A stretch of DNA of 63,970 bases, filler included, from Bipalium vagum (Eukaryota): NCBI GenBank assembly GCA_037834085.1. It is 3 parts of 3 records of this genome, joined end to end, with 100 filler letters (N's around TTAATTAATTAA, not from the genome) between each part and the next. Parts side by side here need not be neighbours in the genome. Positions count along the whole stretch, not along the records: positions 23,447 to 48,253 come from JBBMKC010198609.1; 2 more parts are not named here. The stretch is one strand, 5' to 3'. Within the stretch, counting starts at the first letter, position 1, and each line of letters opens with the position of its first letter. Positions 25,550-40,710 of the stretch are shown piece by piece. The notes below the pieces were generated by a model that saw nothing but the letters and a program-made list of their open reading frames with translations, ran no database searches and had not been told where the DNA came from. The position numbers were made by a program, and so were the translations under genes.

Positions 25550-28500
25550 TTAAGCGCACACCTCAGATTTTTCGGTGCACTTGATCGGCGTCTGGTGGTA
25601 AATGTCGCTAGTCATAGAAAAATCTGAAACGCAGAAGCTGTTCAAACGCTGTCTGCTGTCTGGTGATTTAAATTTGCAAATTTTGCATGAATCAATGGCC
25701 TGAGAATTTTGATAGAACATCGACACTATTCCTGACTGAGATACTGGCTGTAGAACCGTGTACAATTGACCATTTGCAGCAGTAGCAATTCGTGGATTGT
25801 GACCATCGCTGGTATTGTCGTCTTCGTCGGACCAGGACATGTTTGCTGTTTCGTTTGAAATTATTGATTCGCTGCAATGACTGTTGTTTACATTATTGCT
25901 GTGGTCATTGAGCTTTAACAGAGAATAATGGACATTATTTACAAATTCTGAGGAGTTATAGCGCAGGGGTCTGGATACTGATGATGCATTGAGAGTATCA
26001 TCGAATCCGATATCGTATTTACAAAAATCTTTTGTACTAATCAACGATGGTTTTTGATTACGAGACTGATATGGGAATTGTTCATTTATTTCACATTTTG
26101 ACATCGAGTACAACTGAAAATGATTTGCACGAGTCAAGTAAGAAGAATCTAAGTGATTTTCTACATGTTCGTGAGACATAACCGAATCTCCAGTAATCTA
26201 CAACGAAATAAAAATGTTTAGATATCTACAATCAAATAGAAAAATAAATAAATTTGATTTCCATAAAGAAATTGATTTTTTATCGGAAAGGTAAACACTT
26301 ATTTTGTGTCTGAAAATCAATGCACTTAAATTTTATTTTTTTGAGACATCCTATAATATATATAATAAAGTAAGTATATATCATAATAAGTATATGTCAT
26401 TGCACACTGATTAATAATGACATTAAATTATTAATTTAAAATAAACCTCTGCTATTTATCAGACAGAGAAACAGGAATATCATACAAAATAGCAATGAGA
26501 AAGATACAATATAGGAAAATTACAGAAACCGAGAGGAAAAACCATAAAATTGTAACATGTCAATAAGCTAACAAATATTAATTATGGATTAAATTAAAAA
26601 TAATATAAACATTCCTTTCATTAATTACTGTACCGATTAAGAAAACTATCCTTCGTTAATTAACCTTTAACTATAGTGGTACAAACATAAAAATGGATAT
26701 CTTTCAAACAAGTCACTTCAATAAAATAGTTTATTGACTTTTTACTTGAAATTTTTTAATGTCAAAATATATTAGTAAAAGGAATTTATCTTTTCTTTGG
26801 AACTTTTCAAAGAAATTTAAAATGATCCTATAAGGAATCTTTTAAATAAAGGATATATTAATTGTTCAGTAAGAAATACTTCAAAAATTAATAATAAAAA
26901 ATGATATTGTAAATAACTTCAAAGTAAGAAAAAAATTAATATTTTTATTTCGAATTTTTCATCTTATGATAAATTGTTTTTGCACCAAAAATCAAATAAC
27001 TTAAAAGAATAAAGAAATTTGAGGTTTCTTAAACACATTTATACTTTTTAACATTTATAAGTAATATATATATAATTTTTAAATTAAAAAAGATAAAAAA
27101 TGAACATTTTTTAATTTAATTCAAATTATTTTTTAGAAATGATTTAAGATTTCTATATTTCGATAATATAAGATTAAAAATACCGATAAAATAGATGGGG
27201 AAAAAATTCTAAGTGTAACAATTTTAATTAAAGACAGGTTATTACCACGATGAGATTTTGCTTAACTTTTACCAGTTATACTTTATTATCAACAATTTAT
27301 TAAGTTGAACTTATTTTAAAAAATAGAAATAAATATTTCAGAATTTATCGTTTATTAAGGTAAGTCTTATAAAATAAAAATACCAGAGAGCTTGAAAATT
27401 TTATATTATTTAGTGTGCATCTTAGAAAATAAGCTAATACCTAACACTTATTAACAATAACTAACCAGTTGTAACCACTAGCGATAAGATTGTAATATAA
27501 TAAATATATAAAGAAATGAAGCCAGTAATATAAAGCTTACAGCTTATAAACATAGAAGAAAAACAATTTAAATTGATACTAAAATAATTAATAAATTATA
27601 TATATCCAAAATCCTAAAACTCAGTAACCAAAATACAAAGCAATTATCAGATTAACATAGAATTATTTTCAACTAACTCCAAAATAAAGCTGTGAAGAGA
27701 TTTGATTAGGAAGAATAATAAAGCGATTTTTGTTAAAAAGATTTCAAAGCTAATTCGAAAACATTGTCTTGCATTATTCTATAAAAGAAATCTAAGGTAA
27801 AAAATTATTTTATTTTGATAGGCAAATCCAACTTGATTATTTTTCATGAAAAAAAGAAAAGCCAAACGACCAAGTACCTTTCATAATCTCTAAAAGATCA
27901 AGAAATTTCAATTCTAAGAAATGAGAAATACTTTTGTGTTTTACAAGTCTCAAAATCTATATTATTCTATTTAGACAAATAATTCATTTAGATAAATAAT
28001 CGTTACTATTTTTATTCTAAAATCTTGACATCTCATATATGTATTATATATGACATCTTCTAAATGTATTGAAGAAGTTCAAGGAGAAAATCTTATTTTA
28101 AAATTTCTAGGTATAATTTTATAAAATTCTTCCTTAGATGGATTTATTATTTATTCATTAATACAAATCCGAAGTTTTATTTTATTATTTAATATTTAAA
28201 GAGATATCCTTGGTTAACTAATCAACCAGTGCTTTTTCCAATCTCGATTTTTGAAGATCGACAGATTTTTACAATTTTTTTTCGGCGGAACGATTTTTCG
28301 TGTTGACACAGAAATTTTTTGATCAGAACAAGCCTCAAGCACGGATTTATCAATGACCAACGTTCCGGAAAATCTTATATATCAACTGACGATGAAATAA
28401 CAAGCATTAAATCTGAATGAGACATTGAAAGACTCATCCATCGTTAATTTTTGGACTAGAGCTGGACTGTGGATATTCATTATCCAAAATTCGGCAGATG

Positions 28501-31500
28501 TGTTCCTTGACATATTTAAGACAAAGGTTGCTTCATCACTGAGAATCAGCTTTTGTAGTGAAGATAGATTATGCTTCCGCAATTTCAATTCTTTCAACAC
28601 AATCATCATCATGTAAATAATTGATAATTCGGATCTTGCATATATGAAATTTCAGATCTTTTCGTACTACAATGTGTACAGCTTAAAAACTGTACCAAAC
28701 TTTCTTAGCAGCAGTTCTTAGCGATGTCTGAAGTACCTGTTCATAAATCTGACTTACATCGCATATTTTTTCATCTTCAATTGATGGTCTTCAAGACTTC
28801 CAAAGATCACAAACACACCTAGACTTTGAATTTTGCTAATATGGACCTCATGTTACTTCAAAGATTGATAAGTATGAAAATAATTAATATTATAATAAGA
28901 CCTCCAAGGTTTTATTCTTCACAAAAAGTAAATCAATTTATTACATTAGAAAAATTGAAAACTTTTATTAAAATTTTTTAACCAAGTTATAAAATGCCAG
29001 AGGTAAACAGCCTTAAAAAATAGGTAAAAAGATTCCATAAACTGTAATTAAAAATTATGCAATCTAATCATTTACTTTTCAATATCTCTCATAGTGTTTC
29101 TATAATATACAAAAATAATTATTTAATTAAGTTATTTAGAAGGTAGTTACAAATTACTATCAAAGCCTTAGTCATTATCAGCCACCAACTGGTTGCTAAT
29201 AGCACCTAATACTTCAGCCAAAATAAAATTTATGAAAACCATTTAAGTTTTTAAAATTTTTATAATGTTCTCTAAATTATCAAAATTTGACTAATTAATA
29301 TAAGTAGATTAATTTTATTATTATTACTTAAATAAAATTTCTATTGAATCTGAGTTAAAATTGGTGGTTCAAAAATGAAGGATATTAAATATTCAAAAAA
29401 TAAATATAAAACATGTGATACGGCTAAAAATCACTTACACTAATAGAAATATCAAATATACTCAAATAAAATTTAGAACTTAAAATAATAATCACATATA
29501 AGTATGACATGTACGGTTAGGTTAAATATTCTAATTTTTGCTTGCACTCGATAAGATCAATTTTTAAAAATGTTCTAAAATGTGGAATTAAGCAATGTAA
29601 TCCTTTATTTTATTACTCAAGAAGGAAATTATTAATTATCTTCCATAGTTGTATGGTGAGAAAACTACACCTCACCTCACCATTTAGAATTATCCATTTT
29701 CATTTGGTCAAGTAAGTGTTTTCGATGGAACCAAAAAATGGAAATATATTGTGACAAACAAATGAACGAAAAATTTCTCAAACGCAGCTATCTGAAGAGC
29801 TAAATGTATGCAAAAGAATCACTCAGTTGCTTCTAGAGCAAATGCAAATCCGAAAGTTAATCGAGATTTTTAAAATCTGAGATGATGGATAAAAGACAAA
29901 TGGTCTGTGAAAAAAAATTATTTGATCGAATATAATAACTACAGACGAAATCCATTGAGTCTCTACTTTCCTTACTCTAAAATAGAGTCAAAGAAATTGG
30001 TTTTCAAAAATGAGAAGTCTCACAACCTGTTGTGACACATCTTACATCAAAAACGTTTTTTTTGAATAGAAATGGTATATTGAAGCTAGATTCTAATGAA
30101 GAAATCTTAAATTTTGATTTCTGCAGTAATCCCAAACTTAAAACTCGAAACATCCGACGTTAGCTTTGCTTTATTTGGTTCATAATGTTCTTATTCACAC
30201 ATCCAAGAAACCACAAGGTACATTATCAAAAACTTGGTTTGTGCAGCTTGATGATCCTCCATACATTTCAGTGATTTTTGGTTTATCAATTATCTGAAGA
30301 AATATAAAAAGACATAAATTCGTTTCAAAGGATGAAATGAAGGATTAGGCGACGAAATTCCTCATTTAGAAGGATCAAAATTATTTTGATCAGACTTCAA
30401 TCGAATGGTCGACTGGTTGAAAAAAAAAGAGTAAACCAAATATGTAAACGTATTAAAAAAACATTTTTGAGTTGACTTAATTATTTCTGGTAGTCTATGT
30501 ACTTATAGCCTTATCACGTATATCTGAGATAAAATTAATGTTTAATGATCTATTTTGAAAAGAACGAAAATTGATAACTATAAAATGAAATTGGTGTATG
30601 GTTTAAAAAAGGAAAAAATTTCTTTTTATTTTTGGAAATTTTTAAATATTAAAGCATATTAAAAAATATTCATTTAAAATACTAATTACAAGCGTTACTC
30701 TATTTTGCGGTAATAACCCATATTAAAAAAATGATAACAGGTTTCACATCGAGAAAGTTGTTTAAGCAACGATATTTTATTTAAAAGCAAAAAAGTATTT
30801 TAGTGTAATTCATCAATGAGTTGTCTTTTTATTAATCTTACTAAATAGTTGTGAAATTTGTTAAATTTCATTATCAGAATTAACTTTTAAGTATCATAGA
30901 GATAAAACAATAACATGTTTTTCATATTTAATTTAATGAGTAATGAAAAGTAGGAAAAATATTTATACAAAAATAAGGACAAATATTAAACAAAACTAAT
31001 TTTTCATTATATATATCAAGTAAATTTAAAACACAAGTTTTCTAAAAGATTTTAGACTAAATCATAGTAACTGCAGTGACAAAAATCCTAATGTGAGTGT
31101 TCACTAAGAAACTGGAAAACCTGTATATCGCCATTCAAGACATCATTTATATTTAAATCACATAAGAGAAATCAGCAAATTAAATTCTCACGAAATTTAC
31201 CCATTTAGTTGTGCAATGCTTGTTTGTTATTTTTGTTGTCAAATCTCAGAAATGAACCTTTTCTGGATTTGATAGTAAAGGCTGGCGAAAATTGGTTCAA
31301 AAAAATTGAACAAACTAAAAAGCTGGTAGGATAAATTGAAATATCAACATACAAATCTAAAATTTTTACACAAGGTCCGATCTATTATCAAAACTAAAAC
31401 TTATTTTAAATTTTTCCAGAAAAGCCAAAAAATAATTCAAATTTATTCTGAGCTACTCAGGCGTCGTAAGTTAGCGCTTTTACGACCATGTCTAGTTTCA

Positions 31501-34500
31501 AGTAGAAAGTGTAATTTTATAAAGAGAATCTTAGAAAATAGGTGGCAGTAAAAAGCTGAATGATTTTCAATGGATAAAAGTCTCTCACCACCATATTTAT
31601 CGAATATCTTTCTATCCCATTATCATTTATTCAGAAATATTCAACAATTGAATAAAAAATTACTAATTCGTTAGAGAAAATGAAACGGACAATGGATAAG
31701 TAATTATTATAATAATGATCACTGAAAATTTTTGGGCAGGAAAGCCATGAAACCATATCACAAAGATGGAAACATTTGTTTTTATTTTATCGTAAGAACT
31801 TAAGTAATTATGCATTGAAATTATAAAAGAAGAATTATGAAAAATATATTTTACAAATTATTCGAAAAACTATATTTTAATTTTTTTAAAGTTTTCATTA
31901 ACAAACCAAAACACAAAAAACAGAAAAATTAATCCTTGGTTGAATTTATGAAAATTGTAGTTGACAAATAATTACACTTTATTATGAATATTCACATAAT
32001 ACTAATTTTTAAATGTAAATTTTAATGTCTTATGCACCACTTTTAGTAAATACGTAGACCTCTCAATCACCAATAAGGTTATCTATATTATTTTTTAATA
32101 AAATAAAAAATACATTTATTCTTTTTTCCTTGAGAAAGTATTATAGAAATCATTATTGATTATAAAAACCGTAGACCAGATTGTTAAAACTGGTAAATAA
32201 AATCAAGCCACTTTAATAAAAACAACCAGCAAAGTATCGCTAACCAAAAAAATTATCTATACCAAATGTGCGTAAGATCACTAACTTAACTAAATAAAAT
32301 TTAATAAATGATATTAACAATGTAAAAATATAACACTGTGACGAGATGCAATGGAGCTAAAAGTGCTAATTATTAAGTTAAAGTTTAATCCAGTCATAAA
32401 GTCTGGTCGACACATAATAAGTTTATCTCTTCAATTTGTGTAATATATAGTGGCCGACAAAAAAATTCGTTTTTTTTGTGTCAATGAAATCCTATCAATA
32501 AAAACATGCGATTGGAAATTTTTATTTGTGAAAAACGCAAAAAATTATACTAAAAGTATTAGCAAACTATAACAGGGCCTAAACATAGTTTTCTTCAGCT
32601 TCAATGATATTCTGGAGGTGACTTGTCAAATTTTGAAAATCTTCTATAAGCTTGACCTCCAACACTAACTTAAGTTATTGGCGGAAATCATTGCTCACCT
32701 CTAATGAATTACTGAAGTTTTTTTCACGTCTGCAGCACTCGTAGTTTCTGAAGATAAAGCGATCCATGATGTTTGTCTCGGGTCAGTTGACGGATGCTTT
32801 AACATACGATGTTCTGCTAACCAAAGTCGAATAGTAACTGTACTACGTGTCTGGTAGTGTCATAGTGAATGATCATTTCCCAACCAAGCAGTCTTGTTTG
32901 TAAGTTTGAAATCATATTCTACAGGATTTGTAGGTATCTGTCAGCATTGATAGATCCCAAGTCGTGAAGAATTTCGAAATAAGTTGCTTCCAACAATAAC
33001 AAGAACTTTGAGATCAGATATTATCCGCCTAGGAATAGTTGGACTATCACCTGTGTTCACAAACACGGTCCCTTTCCTAGTTTTTCTTTCAATATGGGGC
33101 GAAAACTACTTCAATATCAGTAACTCTTCAAATAGCTGAATATCTCAGGTGGAAATTTTCAACCATTTCACGCACAATTATGACATTGTTCTTGGTCTTT
33201 CGAAACCTTTTCTTTCTAAAAGTGTTTGCTGTTCTCCTGTAAATTCTTTTGCAATCTGCTGTACTCTCCTCGAATGCTGAAGACGTTCTCTGCTCCCAAC
33301 TTTCGGCAAGAAGTTGAGGATTTCGGTAGCCCATAAGTTATTTAGAGGCAAAATTGCAATGAAGAAATTTATGTTGCATTGGTTTACCTTCATATTTCAC
33401 CCTAAATCAATCAACCAACTGTAATCGATTTATTTAAATTAAAATCTTGAACTTGCCAGTCTTGTTAATGATTACCTTAAGAAATTTAGATATGAAATAT
33501 CAATTTTATATCTTCATATAAATCTTACTGATAAAAATGATTTTTTTGTCGACCCCTATACTCTGAAAATACTAGAGGAAAAATAACGATAAAAAATAAT
33601 GTTGAAAACAAGATTAAAAGAAAAGAAAAATGAGTCCCTAAAATAATGAATAATAAATTTATGTAGTGTAAAAAAAAGTTAAATAAATAAAAGAATAAAC
33701 GATGTTTTTTTTACTAATCTTTAATCCATTTTTCGTTTAATAAATATACGTGGTGTGGATAAAGAGTACTTAGACTAGTATAAAAATATAATTAAGAATT
33801 TCATGAAATTTTAAAAATAAATTAATTAATATATTTAAGTATTATTATATCTGTTTTAAGTGATAAGGTTTTGTTGACATTAGGTACGACTTTTTTGAAA
33901 AAAAAATGTATCATCAAGTGGAATTCTGAAGAAAAAAGGAAATTATTTCTCAACTGGAAAACGCATATGGAAATGAAGCACCATGCAAGGCGACTGTATA
34001 CAATTGGATCATATTTTTCCTGATGCAGGAACAATGTGTTTGACGAAGAAAAAATTGGAAAGCCTACAGAAAATGGGGAACAAAAATTAGAAAATAAAAA
34101 AAATATAGAAAAAAAAATTTCATTCTCTTGGAGAGTTTTTTGAAAAATATTGTAACAAAGGACAAGACTCCATTAAGCCTTTACATTCCATACAGTAGGC
34201 GTGAGTCTTGTGAATAAGTATTTTCTGAGGAAAAGATAACAAATATGCTTCGCGAGGGACATCACATCGGAAATTTCTGACACTCAGTATATTCTGGGAT
34301 GCAAAAGGTGCGATCAAAATTGACTTTGTTCAAGGAAACATCAACTCTCACTTCTACTGCTCACTGCTTAGTGATCTGAGAAAGCTGCTACGGAAGCCAA
34401 AGAATCAAGACCTATTTCTCTTCATTAATAATGTTCCAGTTCATACAGTAAACCGAACTACGGGTGTTATAAGGGAAAAGGGCTTTATACTGGTTTCACA

Positions 34501-37500
34501 TCCACCTTATATCTCTGGTTTGGCTCCCAGCGGTTTTTTCTTTTTCATCACTTAAAGAAGCATCTGCGAGTTCAGAGAATTGAGTCTCTTTTCTGTGATA
34601 AATGGATGAACGAAATGCCCGAAAGCAGGTGGTAATATAGAAAAATGATTAAGTTTATTTATCTATGTAGTTTACTTGACCTAAATACAAAGTTTCGTTT
34701 CAGTAGTGTTTTTATTTATGTACGAGGACTTTTTATCCACACCACGTACCATCAATAATTCTGTTAAATAAAACTTAAAATCCTTGTGCCCCTTAATGTA
34801 TGAAAAAAATCAAAATTTTAACATCATATTCACAATTTTTAGTTCAACAATGAAAAAAAAATCAAAAACAATAAAAATACATTAAGAAGAATAAATAATA
34901 TAAATAGGCATTTACCTGATTCTGTTTTGAAAAACCGATATTAATAGAATCATGCTTTTGAAATTCTAAACCTCTATTATTATCGACTTGCAAAGAAGAA
35001 AATGCAGAATTCTTTGATTTAGAATTGAAATTTACCATACATTGGTCTACAGATTCAGATTGGTGGTACACTTGAATATTCTGTCGATATTGAATTTGAG
35101 ATTGATTGTGATAGCTGATTGGATGAGTAGCAACATTAAAACCTGACAAAGAATTTATTGTATAATTACAATATGGCAGAAAAGAAACAGTTGACAGATC
35201 TTTAGAACAATAAATGCTTGAACAAAACATTTCAGGTCCGTATGCCCAAGAGTCGTAAGGAAATGATATATTTGGTGGATAATGCCGTGAAGGATGGAGC
35301 TTTTGTATCTGATTTGTCCATTCATTCATGAGTACTTGTAGATATTTATCGTTTTGACAATCCCTGCAAGATCCTTGATTGGTGCTGTTACACATGGTGA
35401 TATCAAATTCTTTTGAGAGTAACTTAGAACTCTAAAAATAATTAAAATATTTAATGAAATATATTTTAATATGAAAATTCGTATCAATCAATTTTTTTCG
35501 TTTTAACAAAATTTCATAAACTATAATGTACTTCTTTTTATTTAAGTATCAAGTTTTTAATGTGAACTCAATTAATGGATTTCAGTAGATAATAGTTTCA
35601 TTTTACTGACAATTCACACAATTTTCACAAATTACAAATCATGCGTATTAAGAAATAATGATTTTAGAGTTTTCAGGTTCAAAATTAATCTTATGTCACT
35701 GTTATTTTGAGTTAACACTAAGGAAGGAAATTTTATATTTCCTAGTTATTTATGAGATATGGGATGAGCTTTGATGTAAGTTAATATCCACACTTAAAGA
35801 ACTTTTTAAAAAACTTAAAATGTGATATAATTTCTTTTATTTAAAGTTAAACTGTCATCCCTTCAAAAAATTTCAAACTTTATGTTTAACTTATTTCCCA
35901 CAATTATTGACTGTTACACAATAAGTCATACGTTATTGATAACAACGAAACCACAATATATTAAAAATAATTTGAAATTTAAATAGAACTAATTTCGATT
36001 TTAAAACAAAAAATAAAGTATATAAAAATAATGAAAGGTACATTACTTTTGTGATTAATATTGTTTTGGTATTGACATGCAAAACCTCAATTTCCTCCTT
36101 GAAGGTGTGAGTTAACCGGAAATATTTACAAATTATCCAAAATTTGAATCGAAGTGTTAAAATAAAATTGTTAGTGTTTTAAAAATGAACTATCTTTTTC
36201 TAATATCAAGTTATTTTAATAAACCAAATGATTAAATATCGATAACTTTCTTATAAGGAACACTATTTTCAAAAACAAAATTTACTAATGGTAATTAATA
36301 ATACAAATTCTAATTTCTTTAAAAACAATAGCGATGCTGCTTTCTTTCTTTGAAACGATGAAATCTAAACAACATAAATTACATATGCTATAAATACATA
36401 TATTTTTATTTATTTACTTCAATTTATATTTTGTTCCAAAATATTTAACTTTTCCCAAAATAGCTATTTTTACTCATTTCTAAATTTTATTTATTTCGTA
36501 TAATAATAATTACCATAATTAAAAACTAATTAATTATGTTCATTAAAAATATTAAATTTATTCTTTAGTGATTTCTTATCAAAGAATTTAAATATTAAGG
36601 GTATACATAAGTTCACATCTCTGATTTAGTTATTGAATTTAAGTAATAATAATATAACAACTAAAAATTTGTGTTTTGTTTAAGTCAATATTGATTATAC
36701 TTATAACATTAATTTGATAATTAATTTAATTATAACAATTCATTTGCAGAAATTATAATGGAATTAGATAGAATGCATATACACCACTGCGTGTTGTTCT
36801 AGTTTAATCAGAGCAAAATATCAGCTGAAGCCACTCGGATCATTTTCAATACCTATGGTGATGGAGCAGCAGTCGAGAGCTCATTTCGTCAATGGTTTCG
36901 ACGCCTCAAAAGTCGTGATTGAACGACAAAGAACACATTCAATTTTTAAATTCATTAAATTTTTAGACCAATATGATATCTGTCATCATTTACAAAATAT
37001 TTCACTTGAAAGAAAAATTGATATATTTTAGTTTAAACTTGAGAATTTTAGTACATTTTTGTCAATTTCTTATAAATATTGAATGCACTGTAGAAATCTC
37101 TAAAATTTCAACGAAATAGAACTTTGTAAAGCTCCAATCACTTAGAACTCAGAATTCTTCTAAACTACATGTATAAATCATAATTATATATAATATTTAT
37201 GATTTTAATAATACATTTTTAATAAAATTTAAATGAACAACAATAATCTTTTATGCAAAAATGGATATAACTTAATTTATAAAAAATACAAAATGATTTA
37301 AAAACTTCATGAGTTTTATGAAAATATTGATATCAATGAATATGATTTAGTATTTTAAGATAAGTTAAAATCTGAACAATTATTCGTTTTTAGCAATACA
37401 TTTGATCGAACAACCAATTATTTTCTAGTCGAATTAAATTATATGAATTCAATATATATTGTGAACTAATGAGATTACTTTCTGTCTTAATTATTTTTAA

Positions 37501-40500
37501 TATACGTTTTACATCTTCAGTCTACTTAGTAACCCATTAGGTTAGTAATTTTTTCAACAAGAGAAACAACATAAACAAAAAAATATTTTTGTTCAGTTTA
37601 AAATAACTAAATTTTGTCTTGGAGATAAAATTACTAATAAAATATTTCAAATGAAAGATACGGTACACTAACAGAAAGTATTCTAATAAAACTATAATCT
37701 TATAAATAAATGATAATAATTATTCTTGAAATTTTACAAAAGTAATAAAAGTCTAGGAGTAAAAATAATTTCAAAAACAAAATTTAAATATTTTAAAAAC
37801 ATCTTAATGGAATACCACGGTTGTCTTTTAAGTTTTGCATAGAGACATAAAAAATGGAAAAATTTTTATTGTTTTTCAAAATGTTCTCCACAAAGATTTA
37901 TACACTTTTCCATGCGTTGAAACCAATTGTGAAAGCAGTTATTCCACTCATCAGCAACCAAAATTTTCATTTTGAACACGTCAATTGGCTCTTCCGGTGA
38001 CTTGAACCGTTGTCTACGAAGTTTATTCTTGATGTTTGGAGATCTAAAAAAGTAGTTTGGACTTAGGTCGGGACTATATAATGGATGACCTAATAATTCT
38101 ATATTTTGAGATAAAAAATCGACATGCAAAGAAGTCTTTGAAATGCCCGATGAACACTCCATCTCACGATATGTTGCATGTCGATCTTCCATGATGAGCT
38201 GACGTATAGCATTGATTTTTTCCTGGAATCCGATCTCCACTCATTGGTCAGACTAGAGCGTCTACGTTGGTAATCGCGGTTCCAGCGGGAAATTATTGAC
38301 TGATGTTATGCTTTATCCCCAAGAATATATATCATTTCGGATCGACGTTGTTCCTGAGATAATTCTGTTCGAAGATTGTAAAGAATTATTTCACGTACAT
38401 TTTCAGTTGTGAATTCAATATTTTTCACTGATTATATTTTTTAAAATAGTCGCTGTAAACAAAGTTTTGATATATTTAAACAAAATTTATAAATCTTAGT
38501 ATATAAATATAGACGTTTGTTTCACATACTATTTTTTATTATTGTAGGCTTGTATCCATATGCAAGACTTATAAGACAGCCCTAGTAGTATCATAAAGAA
38601 TAAAAAATAATATTTAAACAAAAAAATTAGAAATCAGATATAAAATTCATTTAGAAGTATAAATTCATCAAAAAGTACTTCATAACCAATAAAAACATTT
38701 TACTATCATTTTATCACTTCAATAAAAAACATCGTGATTTTATCTATTTTTATTTATTCAATTAATAATAATTAATAATTTTTCGATTTAATTATCGAAA
38801 AGTGAAAAATATTTTTTTAACTAGAAATTATATTAGATAAATATCAAAATATATTGGACGTTAAAGTCTTAATATTACTTATTGCTTTATATTTGCGAAA
38901 CTTAAGAAATTAAGTTGTCTTTCATCTTAATAGTTAATCAAAATTTCAACTAACTTAATCATATTAAAAAAAATTTTAGTGATTAATCCTAATAAGACAA
39001 TTAAAATTTAGTGATAAACAAAACAAAAATCAAGAAATATTCTTGAGAAAAAAAATCATCAAAATAAAAAAATACTAACGAAATTCAAGTACAGAACCTT
39101 AAAAGTAATTTTGAAAAATATTTAAAAATAAATTCTACTTTTTAAATAATAAATAAAACCATATTCTGACACAAAACTATCATAGAAATTTTAAAATTAT
39201 TAATAAAATTATCAATCTTGATTATTAATATCCATTTTATTTAGCACATTTTTTCAGTTAAAATACTATAAATTCTGTTGTTATTATTGCAAGCCGGAAG
39301 AAATAATTTTTATTAATTAACTTTTCTATTTTATTTCATTTTATTCATGCAACCTTTTCAAAATAAACAATACCACTGACAAATTGGATTGAATAACACA
39401 GAAAATCAATCAAATTTAAATTCACCTATTAAAAAACTAATTACAAAAACTTTTTATTTTAATATAATTTTTTCTGTAATGATTTTAAATAAAATCTTTA
39501 AGAACGAATTTACTTGCACCTTTCAAATCCAATTAGATATTATTTTCAAAAATTATTAACAAATTAAAACGTATAATTTATCCTTGTTCAATCAATTTTT
39601 CGTGAATAATTTAAAGATTATTTAGCTGGGAAATATTTTTCGTAATAATTGTTCCCAAAAGAATTAATTTGACTGATCAAACATATTTGAAAATTATTTT
39701 TCAATAAAATAGAATTTTTGTGAATCTATATAAGTTATTGTCAAAAAATTCCTTCGAATTCTAAACTTATAAAATTAATTGACAAATTTGGCATTATTTG
39801 TTTCTGCGAACAAATTAATTTAGAAATTCAATTTTGTCCAAACTATTTCATTCAATATTATTACAAGCAAATAAGTTTTTTTAAAAAAAGAAAAAACGAT
39901 CTTTACTGTTGATTTTGTTATACTTAAAAATAGTTTGACTGGTAAGATTTCTAAATAATTCTATGAAACAGAATTATTGATGAAAATCAGAGAAATATGA
40001 TTCAATATTTTCAATTTTGAATAATTAAAATGGATAACAATTCCAAGCTTCTGTAAAATTTTTATGCAAATTTATGCTCTCTTAGAGTCAGAACTTCAAT
40101 TTTAAAAATATTTTTGAAAAATATATCAAAATAAATGTGCTAATTTGAAAATACGATTCATTAAAATTGTGAGAATATTAAAATCAATCAATTAATTGTT
40201 AATTTTTAATTAATGAATAATTTTGTTGTGGAGAATATATAGAAGAGCAAGTGGGATATTAGTTTGCATTGCAGAATAATGAATAAATGAATAAATGTAA
40301 AATTCTTCAAAAATCATTTGATAAAGTTTTAAAGTAAATTTTATTAATGAATTTGTAAAACCAAAATTAAACAATCACTTCAATATTTTTATGTTTATTG
40401 ATCGAATAATCATCTGGTGTTTCCTCTGATTGATACTGATCTTGCATTTGTAATCTCATAATAGTATGGATAAAGTGAGTCCTGACACGAATGGAGTTGA

Positions 40501-40710
40501 ATTCAACTCTACCATGTGGATTACTACATGGATTTGGCCCACATCCGCAAGGAAAATTACCTCGATCAACTTGACACTGAATGCCGTTTTGTGAACAGCT
40601 ACACGTTTCTGGTACACACTGGCCTGCCACACATTGACATCCACATCGTTCTCTGCTGGATCGAATAATGTCACAAATCTCTTTGTCGACCGTTTCAATT
40701 CTCGAGGTTC
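25550..40710 (-). CDS. CSRNP: Cysteine/serine-rich nuclear protein (CSRNP/Axud1 family), 5'-partial, last 3 coding exons
   Basis: complement(join(25550..26197,34916..35431,40379..40710)); GT-AG and phases consistent. The exon at 40379-40710 encodes IRSSRERCGCQC...CVPETCSCSQNGIQCQVDRGNFPCGC...CSNPHGRVEFNSIRVRTHFIHTIMRL, the CSRNP hallmark. The two downstream exons are linked by splice and phase logic only, so they are less certain. Confidence 0.85.
28380..28870 (-). mobile_element. Tc1/mariner (DD37D-like) remnant
   Basis: Minus-strand VRKDLKFHICKIRII..LHDDD and LILSDEATFVLN (first catalytic D motif). Confidence 0.55.
29600..30500 (+). mobile_element. Highly decayed mariner remnant
   Basis: Degenerate ITTDE (~29935-29950), HN..IHTS (~30180) and DPPY (~30250) occur in mariner order. 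Confidence 0.45.
32447..33560 (-). mobile_element. Tc1-like element with TIRs, decayed
   Basis: Left tatagtggccgacaaaaaaattc versus right-end reverse complement tataggggtcgacaaaaaaatc; TA flanks; broken ORFs inside on the minus strand. Confidence 0.75.
33747..34748 (+). mobile_element. Mariner element with ~28-bp TIRs, internally rearranged
   Basis: tacgtggtgtggataaagagtac with an inverted copy at 34721-34748 and TA at both ends. Inside: LSIFWDAKGAIKIDF, NNVPVHT and HPPYISGLAPS. Confidence 0.88.
36755..36935 (+). mobile_element. Mariner N-terminal HTH fragment
   Basis: HIHHCVLF..., AEATRIIFNTYGDGA...RQWFRRLKS. Confidence 0.65.
37813..38587 (-). mobile_element. Internally deleted mariner element with TIRs
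   Basis: TIR taccacggttgtcttttaagttttgcata versus right-end reverse complement tactagggctgtcttataagtcttgcata. ORF 37866-38240 contains HPLYSPDLSPN and WFQRMEKCINLCGEHFEK. Confidence 0.88.
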
